Shown here: positions 39,916 through 49,416 of the stretch, in pieces
How positions within the stretch are numbered: position 1 is the stretch's first letter
Layout of the letters: each line of letters opens with the position of its first letter
Assembly: GCA_050633305.1 (NCBI GenBank)
Contig: JBOEGF010000017.1
Coordinates: 104,717-168,716, forward strand
Length of the DNA: 64,000 bases
Direction: 5' to 3'
Origin: Nannocystales bacterium
GTDB taxonomy: Bacteria > Myxococcota_A > Polyangia > Nannocystales > Nannocystaceae
Translations under genes and position numbers: made by a program
Notes under the pieces: model-generated
What the model saw: the letters and a program-made list of their open reading frames with translations, nothing else
Database searches by the model: none
What the model was told of the DNA's origin: nothing

Positions 39916-41028
39916 ATGGCGCCATCGACCGGAGGCACCGTGCTGCTCGTCGGAGGTGGCACAGGAGGACACATTTACCCGAACGTGGGCGTTGTCGAGC
40001 GGCTCGAAGCTCGAAACCGCAAGGTCGTGCACTTCCTGGTTTCGGACCGCCCCTCGGACGCCAAGATCCTCGACGCGCTGGGGTACCCCTACACGTCGTC
40101 TCCGGCTCGCCCGTTGCCCTCGGCGCGCAAGCCCTGGAAGGCCCTCGACTTCCTCGCCGGGTGGCGACGCTCAACCCGACAGCTGATGGCGCTGCTGGAG
40201 CGAGAGGGCGTCTCCTGCGTGGTCGCTACCGGCGGGTTCGTCTCAGGACCCGCCGTCGTGGCAGCGGCGCGCCGCAAGATTCCTCGCGTCCTCGTGAACC
40301 TCGATGCTGTCCCCGGGCAGGCCAACCGACGTCTGGCTGGGCTGTGTACCAAGGTGTTCTCGAGCTACCCCAGCGACCTGCTGCCCGGCGCCGAACGCAT
40401 CGGACTGCCCCTTCGTGCGGTCTCGGTCGGCGACATGTCCCCACAGGACGCACGGTCGGCACTCGGCCTCGACCCCGAGCTCGCGACGCTCTTCATCACC
40501 GGAGCCACCCACGGGGCAGAGTCTTTGATCAAGGCGATGATGGCGTTCGTGGGGAACGCGGAGCGAGCCGCCGCCTTTGACGGTTGGCAGGTGTTTCACC
40601 AGTGCGGGACGTTCGATGTGGCGACTCTGCAGAAGGCCTATGACGACGCAGGTGTGACAGCCAAGGCGGTCGACTACTGCAGCTCGATGGGCGCCGCATA
40701 CAAGGCCGCCGACCTCGTGGTGAGTCGTGCGGGTGCAGGTAGCGTGGCCGAAGCGTGGGCCAACCACGCACCATCGATCTTTCTTCCCAACCCGTATCAC
40801 AAGGACCAACACCAGCGTTTCAACGCAGAACCGATGGTCCAGGCGGGGGGCGCAGTGATGGTGACCGACCACGTCGACGCTGACGCGACGGCGGCCGATC
40901 TTCAGGGCCCCCTGCTTCAACTGCTTCGTGAGTCCGCCGCCAGGGACGCAATGACCCAGGCATGTGCGGAAAGCTGTCCGCCCGACGGCGCGGAGCAAGT
41001 CGCCACCTGGATCGACACAAACACGTAA
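39916..41028 (+). CDS. murG: MurG-like GT28 glycosyltransferase
   Basis: GGGTGGHIYP, TGGFVS.P, PG.ANR, HQCG, ADLVVSRAGAGSVAE, P.P...HQ..NA. Confidence 0.82.
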   Translation: MAPSTGGTVLLVGGGTGGHIYPNVGVVERLEARNRKVVHFLVSDRPSDAKILDALGYPYTSSPARPLPSARKPWKALDFLAGWRRSTRQLMALLEREGVSCVVATGGFVSGPAVVAAARRKIPRVLVNLDAVPGQANRRLAGLCTKVFSSYPSDLLPGAERIGLPLRAVSVGDMSPQDARSALGLDPELATLFITGATHGAESLIKAMMAFVGNAERAAAFDGWQVFHQCGTFDVATLQKAYDDAGVTAKAVDYCSSMGAAYKAADLVVSRAGAGSVAEAWANHAPSIFLPNPYHKDQHQRFNAEPMVQAGGAVMVTDHVDADATAADLQGPLLQLLRESAARDAMTQACAESCPPDGAEQVATWIDTNT

Positions 41029-41481
41029 GCCCGGGTGCCCCGGAGCGTTGAGGTTTCGATGGACGGGCGAGAGCGCGGATCGGGACTGAAGATGGGGGAA
41101 ACCAAGACGCAGCGGCGCGGGTCGAATCTTCGCTGCCCCCCCACAGCCGGTCCTCGCCGCCTTCGACTGCTCGAGACCCCACGCCCCGTTCAACTCCACG
41201 ACCGGGCGCAGGGTCACCGACCCGTCCCGCGGCGCGCCGACCGAGGAAAGCCCGATCTGGTGACCACGCCCACACCCCGAGACACCGGCCGCCCCCACAG
41301 CCTGGCCCTACCCGCCTCTCACGAAACCTGGCTCATGCTCCAGCGCTTCAACAAGGTCGCGCTGGCCAAACGATTCCCGGGTTGGGATGCCGCGCCGCTC
41401 GAACCGACCGGTCACGAGTAGTCGCCGCCACCGGGCCCCGGACGCGCAGGACGAAACCCGCGAGCACCTTTCCTCGCCCGG

Positions 41482-42807
41482 CTAGAGCGCCCGGTCGACC
41501 AGCGCGCGAACCTCTTCGCCAGCGCGAGCCATCATCTCGGACTCGTCGACGGTGACCAGCTCGCCATCGGTCAGCAGCGGTGTTCCAGCCACCGCGACAT
41601 GGCGCACGGCATCTCGACCGGCCCCATAAACGATGCGGTCGTACACGCTCGAGCAAGGTCCGAAGGACGCCGGCCGCTCGAGGTCGAGCACCACCACGTC
41701 GCCCTGCTTGCCAACCTCGAGGCTGCCCAGGCTGTCGGCTTTGTCGATCGCCGCGGCGCCGTCACACGTTGCGAGAGCCAGTGCCGCCTCGGCCGAGAAC
41801 GCGCCTGGCTTCTGCCGGACCCCCTGAAGCAACGCCGCCAGGCGAATCTCTTCGAGGATGTCCATGTCGTTGTTGCATGGGGCTCCGTCGGTCCCGATCC
41901 CCACCTGCACGCCTTTCGCATCCCCGAGGAAACCGAGATGCGCGATGCCGGAGCCAAGCTTGAGGTTGGCGGACGGGCAATGGCACACCCGCAGGGACCG
42001 CCCCGCGAGAATCTCGAGATGCTCATCGTTGAGTTGCACCCCGTGGGCGATCCGCAGGTCGGTATCGAGGACGCCAAGTCGGTCGAGGTAGCCCATCTGG
42101 CTCTCGCCGAGGACCTCGCGAACCTCGTCTTCTTCGCGCGGGTGCTCGAGCAAGTGCGTGTGCACCGGGAGGTCGAACTCCTGGGCAAGTGCAACCGTCC
42201 GTTCCCACAGCGCCGTGCTGCACGAGAGGATGAAGCGCGGACACAGCGAGGACTCGATGCGACCGTCGTGACCGTGCCAGCGCGCGTGTTGCTCTCGAAA
42301 CAACGCCTCCGCTGCGTCCGGAGGCTCGATGAGCGCATCGGACACGCCCAGCCCGGTGTCCATCAGACACTTGCCTGCGATCGCCCGCAGACCACTGTCG
42401 CGAATCCCCTCGAACAACGCATCCATGTGCGTCACGAGCCCGATTTCCTGGACCGTGGTGGTTCCCGAGCGGATGCAGTCGGCGGCGCCCAGCATCGCCG
42501 ACCAGTACGCGCTGTCGTGAGAGTGCCCCGCTTCGAGCGGCCAGATCCGCTCGCGGAGCCAGTCCATCAACTCGCGCCCCTCGCTGAGCCCGCGCAGCAA
42601 CGCCTGACCGAGGTGAACGTGGCCTTGGATGAAGCCTGGTAAGACGACGTGGCCCGAGACGTCCACCGAGCGGACGCCTGGAGGTGCGGGGGCATCGCCC
42701 AGCGCCGAGATGACCCCGTCTTCAATGAGCAGGTCGCCGGTCACCACGCGACGCTGCGCGTCCATCGTTACCAGCGTGCCGCCCCGCAGGTGCAGCGAGC
42801 CGGCCAT
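41482..42807 (-). CDS. amidohydrolase, 5'-deoxyadenosine/MTA-SAH deaminase family
   Basis: PGFIQGHVHLGQ, IWPLE, HTHLLE, AHGV, HCPSANLKLGSG, GTDGAPCNN. Confidence 0.88.
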   Translation of the reverse strand: MAGSLHLRGGTLVTMDAQRRVVTGDLLIEDGVISALGDAPAPPGVRSVDVSGHVVLPGFIQGHVHLGQALLRGLSEGRELMDWLRERIWPLEAGHSHDSAYWSAMLGAADCIRSGTTTVQEIGLVTHMDALFEGIRDSGLRAIAGKCLMDTGLGVSDALIEPPDAAEALFREQHARWHGHDGRIESSLCPRFILSCSTALWERTVALAQEFDLPVHTHLLEHPREEDEVREVLGESQMGYLDRLGVLDTDLRIAHGVQLNDEHLEILAGRSLRVCHCPSANLKLGSGIAHLGFLGDAKGVQVGIGTDGAPCNNDMDILEEIRLAALLQGVRQKPGAFSAEAALALATCDGAAAIDKADSLGSLEVGKQGDVVVLDLERPASFGPCSSVYDRIVYGAGRDAVRHVAVAGTPLLTDGELVTVDESEMMARAGEEVRALVDRAL

Positions 42808-43361
42808 CAGCTCGAGTAGACCTCGGGCTTGAGGACGCCGATGTACGGCAGGTTTCGGTAGTGCCCGTCGTAGTCGAGTCCGTAGCCGACGACGAACTTG
42901 TTGGGGCACACGAAGCCGCGGTACCGAACCTGAACGTTCTCCGAGCGTGCCTCGTGCTTGTCCAACAACGTGCAGATCTCGATCGACGCGGGCTGCCGGG
43001 TCTGAAGGTTCTCGACCAGGTACTTGAGCGTGAGGCCGGTGTCGATGATGTCCTCGACGATCAGAACGTGCCGGTTCTCGATCGAGGTGTTGAGGTCCTT
43101 GAGGATCCGGACGACGCCCGAACTCTTCGTGGTTCCCTCGTACGAGCTGCACGCCATGAAGTCGACCTCGAGCTGGATGTCGAGCGCTCGGGTCAGGTCC
43201 GCGATGAACGGGTAGCAACCGCTGAGGATGCCGATGACCAAGGGGTTCTTCTCCCGATAGTCGTCCTCGATCGTTGTCGCGAGTTCAGCGATCTTCGCGT
43301 CGATCTGCTCGCGGCTGAAGAGGGTCTCGGCGATGGCGTCGGCCAGGCTCGGCTTGGACAT
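42807..43361 (-). CDS. hpt: hypoxanthine phosphoribosyltransferase
   Basis: SSY...SSG.V, VLIVEDIIDTGLTL, LLDK, FVVGYGLDY...RNLPYI. Confidence 0.96.
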   Translation of the reverse strand: MSKPSLADAIAETLFSREQIDAKIAELATTIEDDYREKNPLVIGILSGCYPFIADLTRALDIQLEVDFMACSSYEGTTKSSGVVRILKDLNTSIENRHVLIVEDIIDTGLTLKYLVENLQTRQPASIEICTLLDKHEARSENVQVRYRGFVCPNKFVVGYGLDYDGHYRNLPYIGVLKPEVYSS

Positions 43362-43396
43362 GCGGCCGACACTGTCGCGCTCGCGTGGCACCCGGG

Positions 43397-44470
43397 TCAA
43401 GCGCCTCGCCGGCGGATCAGACCCAACACCCCCAGAAACACCAGCATCGCCGCACTTTTCGGGCGTTCCCCTGTGGAGCACCCCCCCTCTCCGGATGCGG
43501 CCGCCGAATCCGTGTCGGTCCCCGTGCCCCCGTCCGCGGTCGTTGTAGGGGTCCCGGCCGTCGCCGAATCCCCGGAGTTCGACGTGGACCCTCCCGGGCC
43601 GTCACTCGACGAGCTCGGGGTTCCGCCAGTTGTCGAATCCGAGTCGCCGGAGTCCGACGCATCGCTCGTCTCCCCCGTCGTCCACCCGCCGCCGCTGGAG
43701 CCCCCGCCCGTGCTCTCTCCCGATGCATCCGGCAAGGTGTCGAACTCCACGTCCTCCAGCGAGTCGCCTTCCAGCGCGTGGTCGAGAATGATCGTCGGAA
43801 CATCCTCAAATTCGATCGCCCCACGCAGCAGACCGACCTGAACGAAGTGTGGATTGTTGTCCGCCAGCGTCTGCGCGCTCGCGTCGGCCACCACCTGCTC
43901 ACCATCGAACCACAGGCTCACCCGCCCCTGGTCCACGCTGGTCGACCAGGTGACCGACATCGCGATCCGATGCCACTCTCCCACCGTCAACACGTCGGCC
44001 TCCCACGGGGTCACGTTCTGCGGCCGCCGCGTGTGGAAACGAAGCGTGCTGCCCACGGCCTCGAATGCCATGACTTGTTGATAGCTCCCGGCGGACTCCC
44101 AATAGCCGATCTGCTGACTCGGGTCCGCGGGGAGCCCATACGGGACATACAGACTCCACGCGAAGAAGGTCGTCGAGCCCTCAGCCGTCCGCGCATCCTC
44201 GGGCCGGTGTTGCAGCTCCACCCGCTTGAGCCCGTTGCCCCACTGTGCATCGTTGTGAAGCTCGACCCGGGCGGCGTACGAGCCCTGTGCGACCTGGCCC
44301 TCCTCGAGGGTGATGTAGTCCACACGGTTGATCGTCGGGTTGAGTAGGAACCCGAACTGCGAGAGGTCGGCGGACTCGAAGTCTCCCGACCAGACCGGCG
44401 CAGCCTCCACCACCGACGGGGCAAGCAACAGTCCGGAGGTCAGGGCGAGGGCGAGGCCGCGGGTTCGCAT
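43397..44470 (-). CDS. polysaccharide-lyase-like protein with Ser/Thr/Gly linker and MYXO-CTERM anchor
   Basis: Signal peptide; W.GDFE, RVEL, G.WH, W.DG; C-terminus GGCSTG...LVFLGVLGLIRRR. Confidence 0.8.
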   Translation of the reverse strand: MRTRGLALALTSGLLLAPSVVEAAPVWSGDFESADLSQFGFLLNPTINRVDYITLEEGQVAQGSYAARVELHNDAQWGNGLKRVELQHRPEDARTAEGSTTFFAWSLYVPYGLPADPSQQIGYWESAGSYQQVMAFEAVGSTLRFHTRRPQNVTPWEADVLTVGEWHRIAMSVTWSTSVDQGRVSLWFDGEQVVADASAQTLADNNPHFVQVGLLRGAIEFEDVPTIILDHALEGDSLEDVEFDTLPDASGESTGGGSSGGGWTTGETSDASDSGDSDSTTGGTPSSSSDGPGGSTSNSGDSATAGTPTTTADGGTGTDTDSAAASGEGGCSTGERPKSAAMLVFLGVLGLIRRRGA

Positions 44471-44565
44471 GACCCGATGGAGCCCCAGCCAGGCCAGCGC
44501 GTCAACGGCAACCGTGTGGCGTGCGGACCAGGTATGACCGCATACGGTTCGGCCTCCGCGCGGCC

Positions 44566-45219
44566 TCAGTCGGCCAGGCCATACACCCGAACCGCGCGCT
44601 CCGACTCGCGGACACCGAGCGCCTGCGCGATGACGCGAGCGATCTTCTCGCCGCCGCGGACACCGGGTTCGATCTCGTTCGCATAGTCCGCCGGCTCCGT
44701 ACAGACGCTCCGAAGGTCGATGACGTCGGCGCCCCGAGCGAGCGCAGCACGGATGATGACATCGTTGAACAGCGCCAACGCGGTCACAGCCCGCGCTCCT
44801 TGTTCGCCGGGGATGTTCGCATCGTAGACCGTACAGACGCTGACGGGACGCCCCAGCTCGCACACAGCATCGAGCGCCCAGCCGTACGACTGCGCGAACT
44901 CGGACACGCGTTCGCCGAGGAGGTCGATTGCGCCGCCGGCGTCTCCGACCGGAATACCGCCCAGCAAGTCGGCGTTCTCCAGGGCGTCGTTCCCTCCCAG
45001 TGACAGCACGATGTGCGTGACATGGTCGGGTACGCGGGCCAGCTGCGCGCCGACATCTTGGGTCGTGGTCCCATCGACGGCACACAGCGTGACCCGCCAC
45101 CGGTCCGGGTCGTCGGGTCCGCCCATCACGGCACGGAGCTGGGCCGCGACGTCCGGGCCCGCGCCGACATAGGCTTTGTTGTCGAGGATCGAGTCTCCAA
45201 GTAGTGCAATCGATGTCAT
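44566..45219 (-). CDS. SGNH/GDSL hydrolase
   Basis: LLGDSILDN, AVDG, SLGGNDAL, NEIEP (block V has Glu instead of His). Confidence 0.85.
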   Translation of the reverse strand: MTSIALLGDSILDNKAYVGAGPDVAAQLRAVMGGPDDPDRWRVTLCAVDGTTTQDVGAQLARVPDHVTHIVLSLGGNDALENADLLGGIPVGDAGGAIDLLGERVSEFAQSYGWALDAVCELGRPVSVCTVYDANIPGEQGARAVTALALFNDVIIRAALARGADVIDLRSVCTEPADYANEIEPGVRGGEKIARVIAQALGVRESERAVRVYGLAD

Positions 45220-45360
45220 CGGACTCCTGTCCGACCGTACGGTAGCGGATCCCTCGACCAACCGCACGCCGCGAGGGTGTATTCCGAGGCCGAAGACCGG
45301 CCCGCGCCCCCTGTCCTTGTGGGTCATTTACCGCTTGCCGACGACCGTGGCCCAGCTACG

Positions 45361-45873
45361 ATGGGCGTGATGCACGCTCGACGAGGACTCCAAGCCGCCC
45401 TGCTCTCCCTGGTCTGCGGCGGGGGGCTCCTCGGCGGTGGGGGCTGCGGCTGGATCATGGGCGAAGTCGCCGAGCAGAAGGTGCGGCAAGAGGCGCTCGA
45501 GAAGGTCCGCTACGACGACCTCGACGAGCTGTGGAAAGAAGCGGTCTCGCTGTGGGACGAATACGACTGCGAGCTCACCAGCAAACCGACGCCCGATGAG
45601 ACGTTCACGTGCGAGGACGAGCGTCGGTGGCTCCGCGTGAAGTCCCACTCCGGAGAGTTCTCGATCGAACTCGAGCACGAAGTCACGCATACCGAGACCA
45701 ACAGCGAGGGAGAGTCCAAAGAGAAGAAAGTCCGCCAGCGCGACTGGGACCTCGAGTTCAAGCTTCTCGAGCGCGCCCAGCCCAAGAAGGCCGAGGAGAT
45801 CGACGCAGCCGCGGAGGCCAAAGGCCAGAAGGCCAAAGACGCCACCCGCGACCTGATCGACGCGTTCGAGTAG
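45361..45873 (+). CDS. hypothetical lipoprotein
   Basis: Hydrophobic N-terminus ending GGGC; charged helical body with coding-like codon use. Confidence 0.7.
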   Translation: MGVMHARRGLQAALLSLVCGGGLLGGGGCGWIMGEVAEQKVRQEALEKVRYDDLDELWKEAVSLWDEYDCELTSKPTPDETFTCEDERRWLRVKSHSGEFSIELEHEVTHTETNSEGESKEKKVRQRDWDLEFKLLERAQPKKAEEIDAAAEAKGQKAKDATRDLIDAFE

Positions 45874-46009
45874 CGTCGCGTCCCCACGTTCGCAGCGGGC
45901 CGACGGAGGCGGGACAGAGATGCTTGGCGTTGCTGGTGTCTCGTGACCGGGGATGTCGCTGATCCGGGCGCGGCTGGAATAGACGAGCGGGGCTGGCGCG
46001 TGCACGCGA

Positions 46010-46336
46010 GTGCCCGAAGACCGTCTTCCCCGGTCGAAACCGAGTCTCGTCCTGTTCTTCCTGTCCATTCTCGGGCTGCAGTGCGTGTGGTTCTTGGTCG
46101 CCCGGTACGCCCAGACCGCAGCGAACAGCCACCTGGGATTCGGGCACCCACGGGGCCTCGGACTCGGGCTCGTACTCCTGCTTGATCTGGCCGTGGTCGT
46201 GTTCCTGCTCGCGCGAGCGCTCGGCACGAAGTCTCGGCCCTCGCGGCTTGCATGCGCCGCTGGAGCGCTGACGACCGCAGGCTGGTGCATGCACCTCCTC
46301 ACGATCGGTTGCGAGAGCTGTCGGGCCGGTGGCTGA
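46010..46336 (+). CDS. small 3-TM hypothetical protein
   Basis: Three hydrophobic segments, C-terminal CxxC. Confidence 0.55.
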   Translation: MPEDRLPRSKPSLVLFFLSILGLQCVWFLVARYAQTAANSHLGFGHPRGLGLGLVLLLDLAVVVFLLARALGTKSRPSRLACAAGALTTAGWCMHLLTIGCESCRAGG

Positions 46337-46359
46337 CCACCCGACCTCGGAGTTCGACG

Positions 46360-49300
46360 CTACGGTTCGGCACCGTGTCGAGCCACCAGGGCGAGACCGC
46401 GAGCCAGCGCTTCCACGCCGAGCGTGACCAGCGGGAGCCCGAGCAAGGTCAACACAGCCGAGGAGATCAGACCGCCCATCACGGTTTGGGCCAGTGGAAA
46501 GTAGAACATCCCGCCCACCGCCGAGCCCCCGATCGCCAGCGGCATCAGGCCGAGCACCGTGGTTGATGCGGTCATGAGAATCGGTCGGAGTCGGTCCCGG
46601 CCAGCCTCGATGAAGGCGGCGTCTCGCTCGACCCCCGCGTTCCGAAGTTGCCCGACACGGTCCAGCATCACGGCACCGTTGTTGACGACGATGCCCATCA
46701 AGATGAGCAAGCCGATCTGCGCCATGAGGTTCAGCGGCGTGCCGGCGATCGCCAGCAGCCACCCGGCCCCAGGCAACGCAAAGATGATCGAGACCAGGAT
46801 CGCGAGCGGCTGGGTGAGAGATTCGAACAAGGCAGCGAGGACCAGGTAGACCAGGGCGAGCGCGAGCAGGAAGTTGATGCCCATCTGCTCGTCCTGGTCG
46901 TCCTGCTCGAGGATGCGGTCATCCCAGGACCACGCGTACCCCAGCGGAAGATCGAGAGCGTTCATCTTGGTCTCGATGCGTTCTCGGGCCGCATCCCACT
47001 GCGTGCCCTCGTACGTCGCCCCGACTCGGGCGTTGCCTTCGCGATTGCGGCGCACGATCGTCTGAGGCGTCGGCACCGACTCGAAGGTCGCGATGTCGCC
47101 GAGACGTACGGGGTTCTCCCCAGCAACGGGGAACGTGATCGCCTTGAGGTCAGCGAGGCCGGCCCGATCCTCGATGCGCAGCGCGAGCCAGGTGTCGACC
47201 TCGCGCTCGCCGTCTCGGTAGCGCGGCAGCGACATTCCGCCCAAGGTGAAGCCAAAGGCCTCGGCCGCGTCTTGAGGGGTGATGCCCCGACGCTGCGCTC
47301 GCTCTCGATCGATGCGAACTTGAATCTCGTTGCGGGTGTGTTCCAACGAGCCACCGACATCGACCACGTCGGTTTCCTCGCGCAGCATCGCCTCCACCTG
47401 GGCTGACACGTCACGAAGGACGCGGCCATCGCGACCGTACAGCTGCAGCGAGAACCGGGTCTGGTCGCCTCCCTGGTCGTCGCCCCAAAACCCCAACCGC
47501 ACGCCTGCGACCTCGGGCAACGTCTCGCGGATCTCCGCCCGCAGAGCCTTGATGCCCTCGTCGTCGAGGTCCGCGCGCGCCAGCGTGATGACCGTGGCCG
47601 CGTCGTTCTCTGCAAAGTAGCTGTAGACCTCCTCGATCTCGAACTGCTCTTGATGCTCGTAGAGTACGGCCTCCACCTGGTTCACCACGCGCTCGGCCTG
47701 CGACTTGTAGTGAAAGTCGTCGAAGTCGTACCGCACGGTGATGCGCTCGTTGACGGTGCCCGAGAACTGCTCACTGGCGACCATGCCCGTACTCATCGGC
47801 ACCGCGCCGAGGGCCAACGTGGCCAACAGCAGCGCCGTTGCCCACCCCTTGCGCCGAAGCGTCCAGCGCAAGATGGCCACATATCCGCGCTCCAGCCACG
47901 ACACGCGCGCCGGCTTCGTCGGACCTTTGACCTGCTCAGGACCCGTCCGCAGCAGCCGCGAGGCCACCAACGGGATGAGCGTGAGAGAGCAGACCAGCGA
48001 GCAAACCAGCGCCACCGAGATGGTGACACCGACTTCGCTGAGCCAGGTGGTCAACTCACTCTTGCTGCCCAGGACCAGCGGCAGGAACACGATCAGCGAC
48101 GTCGCCGTGGCCGCGATCACCGCCACGGTGACCGACCCTGCCCCGGACAGCGTCGCGGCACGAGCATCCGGTTCCTCCAGTTGCTTGCGATCGATCGCTT
48201 CCAACACGACGATCGCGTTGTCGACCAACATGCCGACGCCGAGCATCAGGCCCATCATCGACAGGAGGTTGAGCGTCATGCCCATGAAGTAGAGCACCCC
48301 GCAGGTGGCAAGGACCGAGAACGGGATGCACATCGCGACGATCAGCGTCGACTTCAAACGTCGCAGGAACGCGTACAGACACAGGATCGCCATGGCGGCG
48401 CCCATGAGGCCGGCCCGCTGCAAGCCATCCACACCGGCCCGAATCTCGTCCGCCTGGTTTTCCCAAACGAACAGCTCCATGCCCTCGAGTGTGGGGTCCG
48501 CCGCGATGTCCTCTTCGATGGTGCGCATCACCGCGTCCACGACTTCCACGGTGTTGGCGGTAGATTCCTTGAAGACCGAGAGCCCGATCGCCTGCTCGCG
48601 GCCGAGGTGTCGCCCGTACCCGATCGGCGGCTCCTCGTAGCTGAGCTCTGCCAGGTCCCGCAGTCGCAAGTCTGCAACGCCGACCGAGACCGAACCCAGC
48701 GCCTCCAGCGAGTCGAATGATCCGAGCCCTCGGACTGCGTACCGTGTTTGTCCGCGCTCGACCTGCCCCAGCACCATCTCCACGGAGGCGCTCTGCAGCC
48801 GCTCCACCAGGTCGCTGACTTCGATGCCGTGCTCGGCGATGCGGTCGTGGACGAGGTCGACGTACACCTGCCGCGGCGCCACGCCGTCGAGGTCCACCCG
48901 CGCGACACCGGGGATACGTCGAATCGGGTCGAGAACCCGCGCCTCCAACAGCGGGTAGCTGGCCGAGAGGTCCTCACTCTGCGCCGAGAGTCGCGCCTGC
49001 ACCACCGGGATGTCGGCGGTGTTGAACGACGAAATGCTGACTCGCTGGGCGTCGAGAGGCAGCGTGGGCCGAACCTGCTCGACCGTCTCGCTCACCTGCA
49101 TCCGGACGATGTCGAGTTCCTGGCCCCAGTCGAACTCCAGGAAGAACACGGCTGCGTCGGCGGTGGACTCCGAGCGCAACGTGTTGATGCCCGAGAGCGT
49201 CGCCAAGGCCTCCTCGACCGGCTCGGTCACCTCCTCCTGGATCTGTAAGGGGCTGGAGTTGGGCCGCGGGATCGACACCACGATGAACGGGACATCGACC

Positions 49301-49416
49301 TTGGGCAGGTAGGCCAGCGGGAGGCGAACGAGGCCCATCACGCCCACGGCCAAGATGCTGACCAGGAGCATCAGGGTCGTGACCGGGCGGTCGAGTGCGA
49401 GGCGGACCAGGTTCAC
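46360..49416 (-). CDS. RND efflux permease (AcrB family)
   Basis: RPVTT, VGMLVDNAIVV.E, GIVVNN, RLRPILMT. Confidence 0.95.
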   Translation of the reverse strand: MNLVRLALDRPVTTLMLLVSILAVGVMGLVRLPLAYLPKVDVPFIVVSIPRPNSSPLQIQEEVTEPVEEALATLSGINTLRSESTADAAVFFLEFDWGQELDIVRMQVSETVEQVRPTLPLDAQRVSISSFNTADIPVVQARLSAQSEDLSASYPLLEARVLDPIRRIPGVARVDLDGVAPRQVYVDLVHDRIAEHGIEVSDLVERLQSASVEMVLGQVERGQTRYAVRGLGSFDSLEALGSVSVGVADLRLRDLAELSYEEPPIGYGRHLGREQAIGLSVFKESTANTVEVVDAVMRTIEEDIAADPTLEGMELFVWENQADEIRAGVDGLQRAGLMGAAMAILCLYAFLRRLKSTLIVAMCIPFSVLATCGVLYFMGMTLNLLSMMGLMLGVGMLVDNAIVVLEAIDRKQLEEPDARAATLSGAGSVTVAVIAATATSLIVFLPLVLGSKSELTTWLSEVGVTISVALVCSLVCSLTLIPLVASRLLRTGPEQVKGPTKPARVSWLERGYVAILRWTLRRKGWATALLLATLALGAVPMSTGMVASEQFSGTVNERITVRYDFDDFHYKSQAERVVNQVEAVLYEHQEQFEIEEVYSYFAENDAATVITLARADLDDEGIKALRAEIRETLPEVAGVRLGFWGDDQGGDQTRFSLQLYGRDGRVLRDVSAQVEAMLREETDVVDVGGSLEHTRNEIQVRIDRERAQRRGITPQDAAEAFGFTLGGMSLPRYRDGEREVDTWLALRIEDRAGLADLKAITFPVAGENPVRLGDIATFESVPTPQTIVRRNREGNARVGATYEGTQWDAARERIETKMNALDLPLGYAWSWDDRILEQDDQDEQMGINFLLALALVYLVLAALFESLTQPLAILVSIIFALPGAGWLLAIAGTPLNLMAQIGLLILMGIVVNNGAVMLDRVGQLRNAGVERDAAFIEAGRDRLRPILMTASTTVLGLMPLAIGGSAVGGMFYFPLAQTVMGGLISSAVLTLLGLPLVTLGVEALARGLALVARHGAEP

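Noticed and set aside
41035..41421. 128-aa ORF after murG
   Set aside because: Arg/Pro-rich, no motif or clear RBS; cannot be supported as a gene
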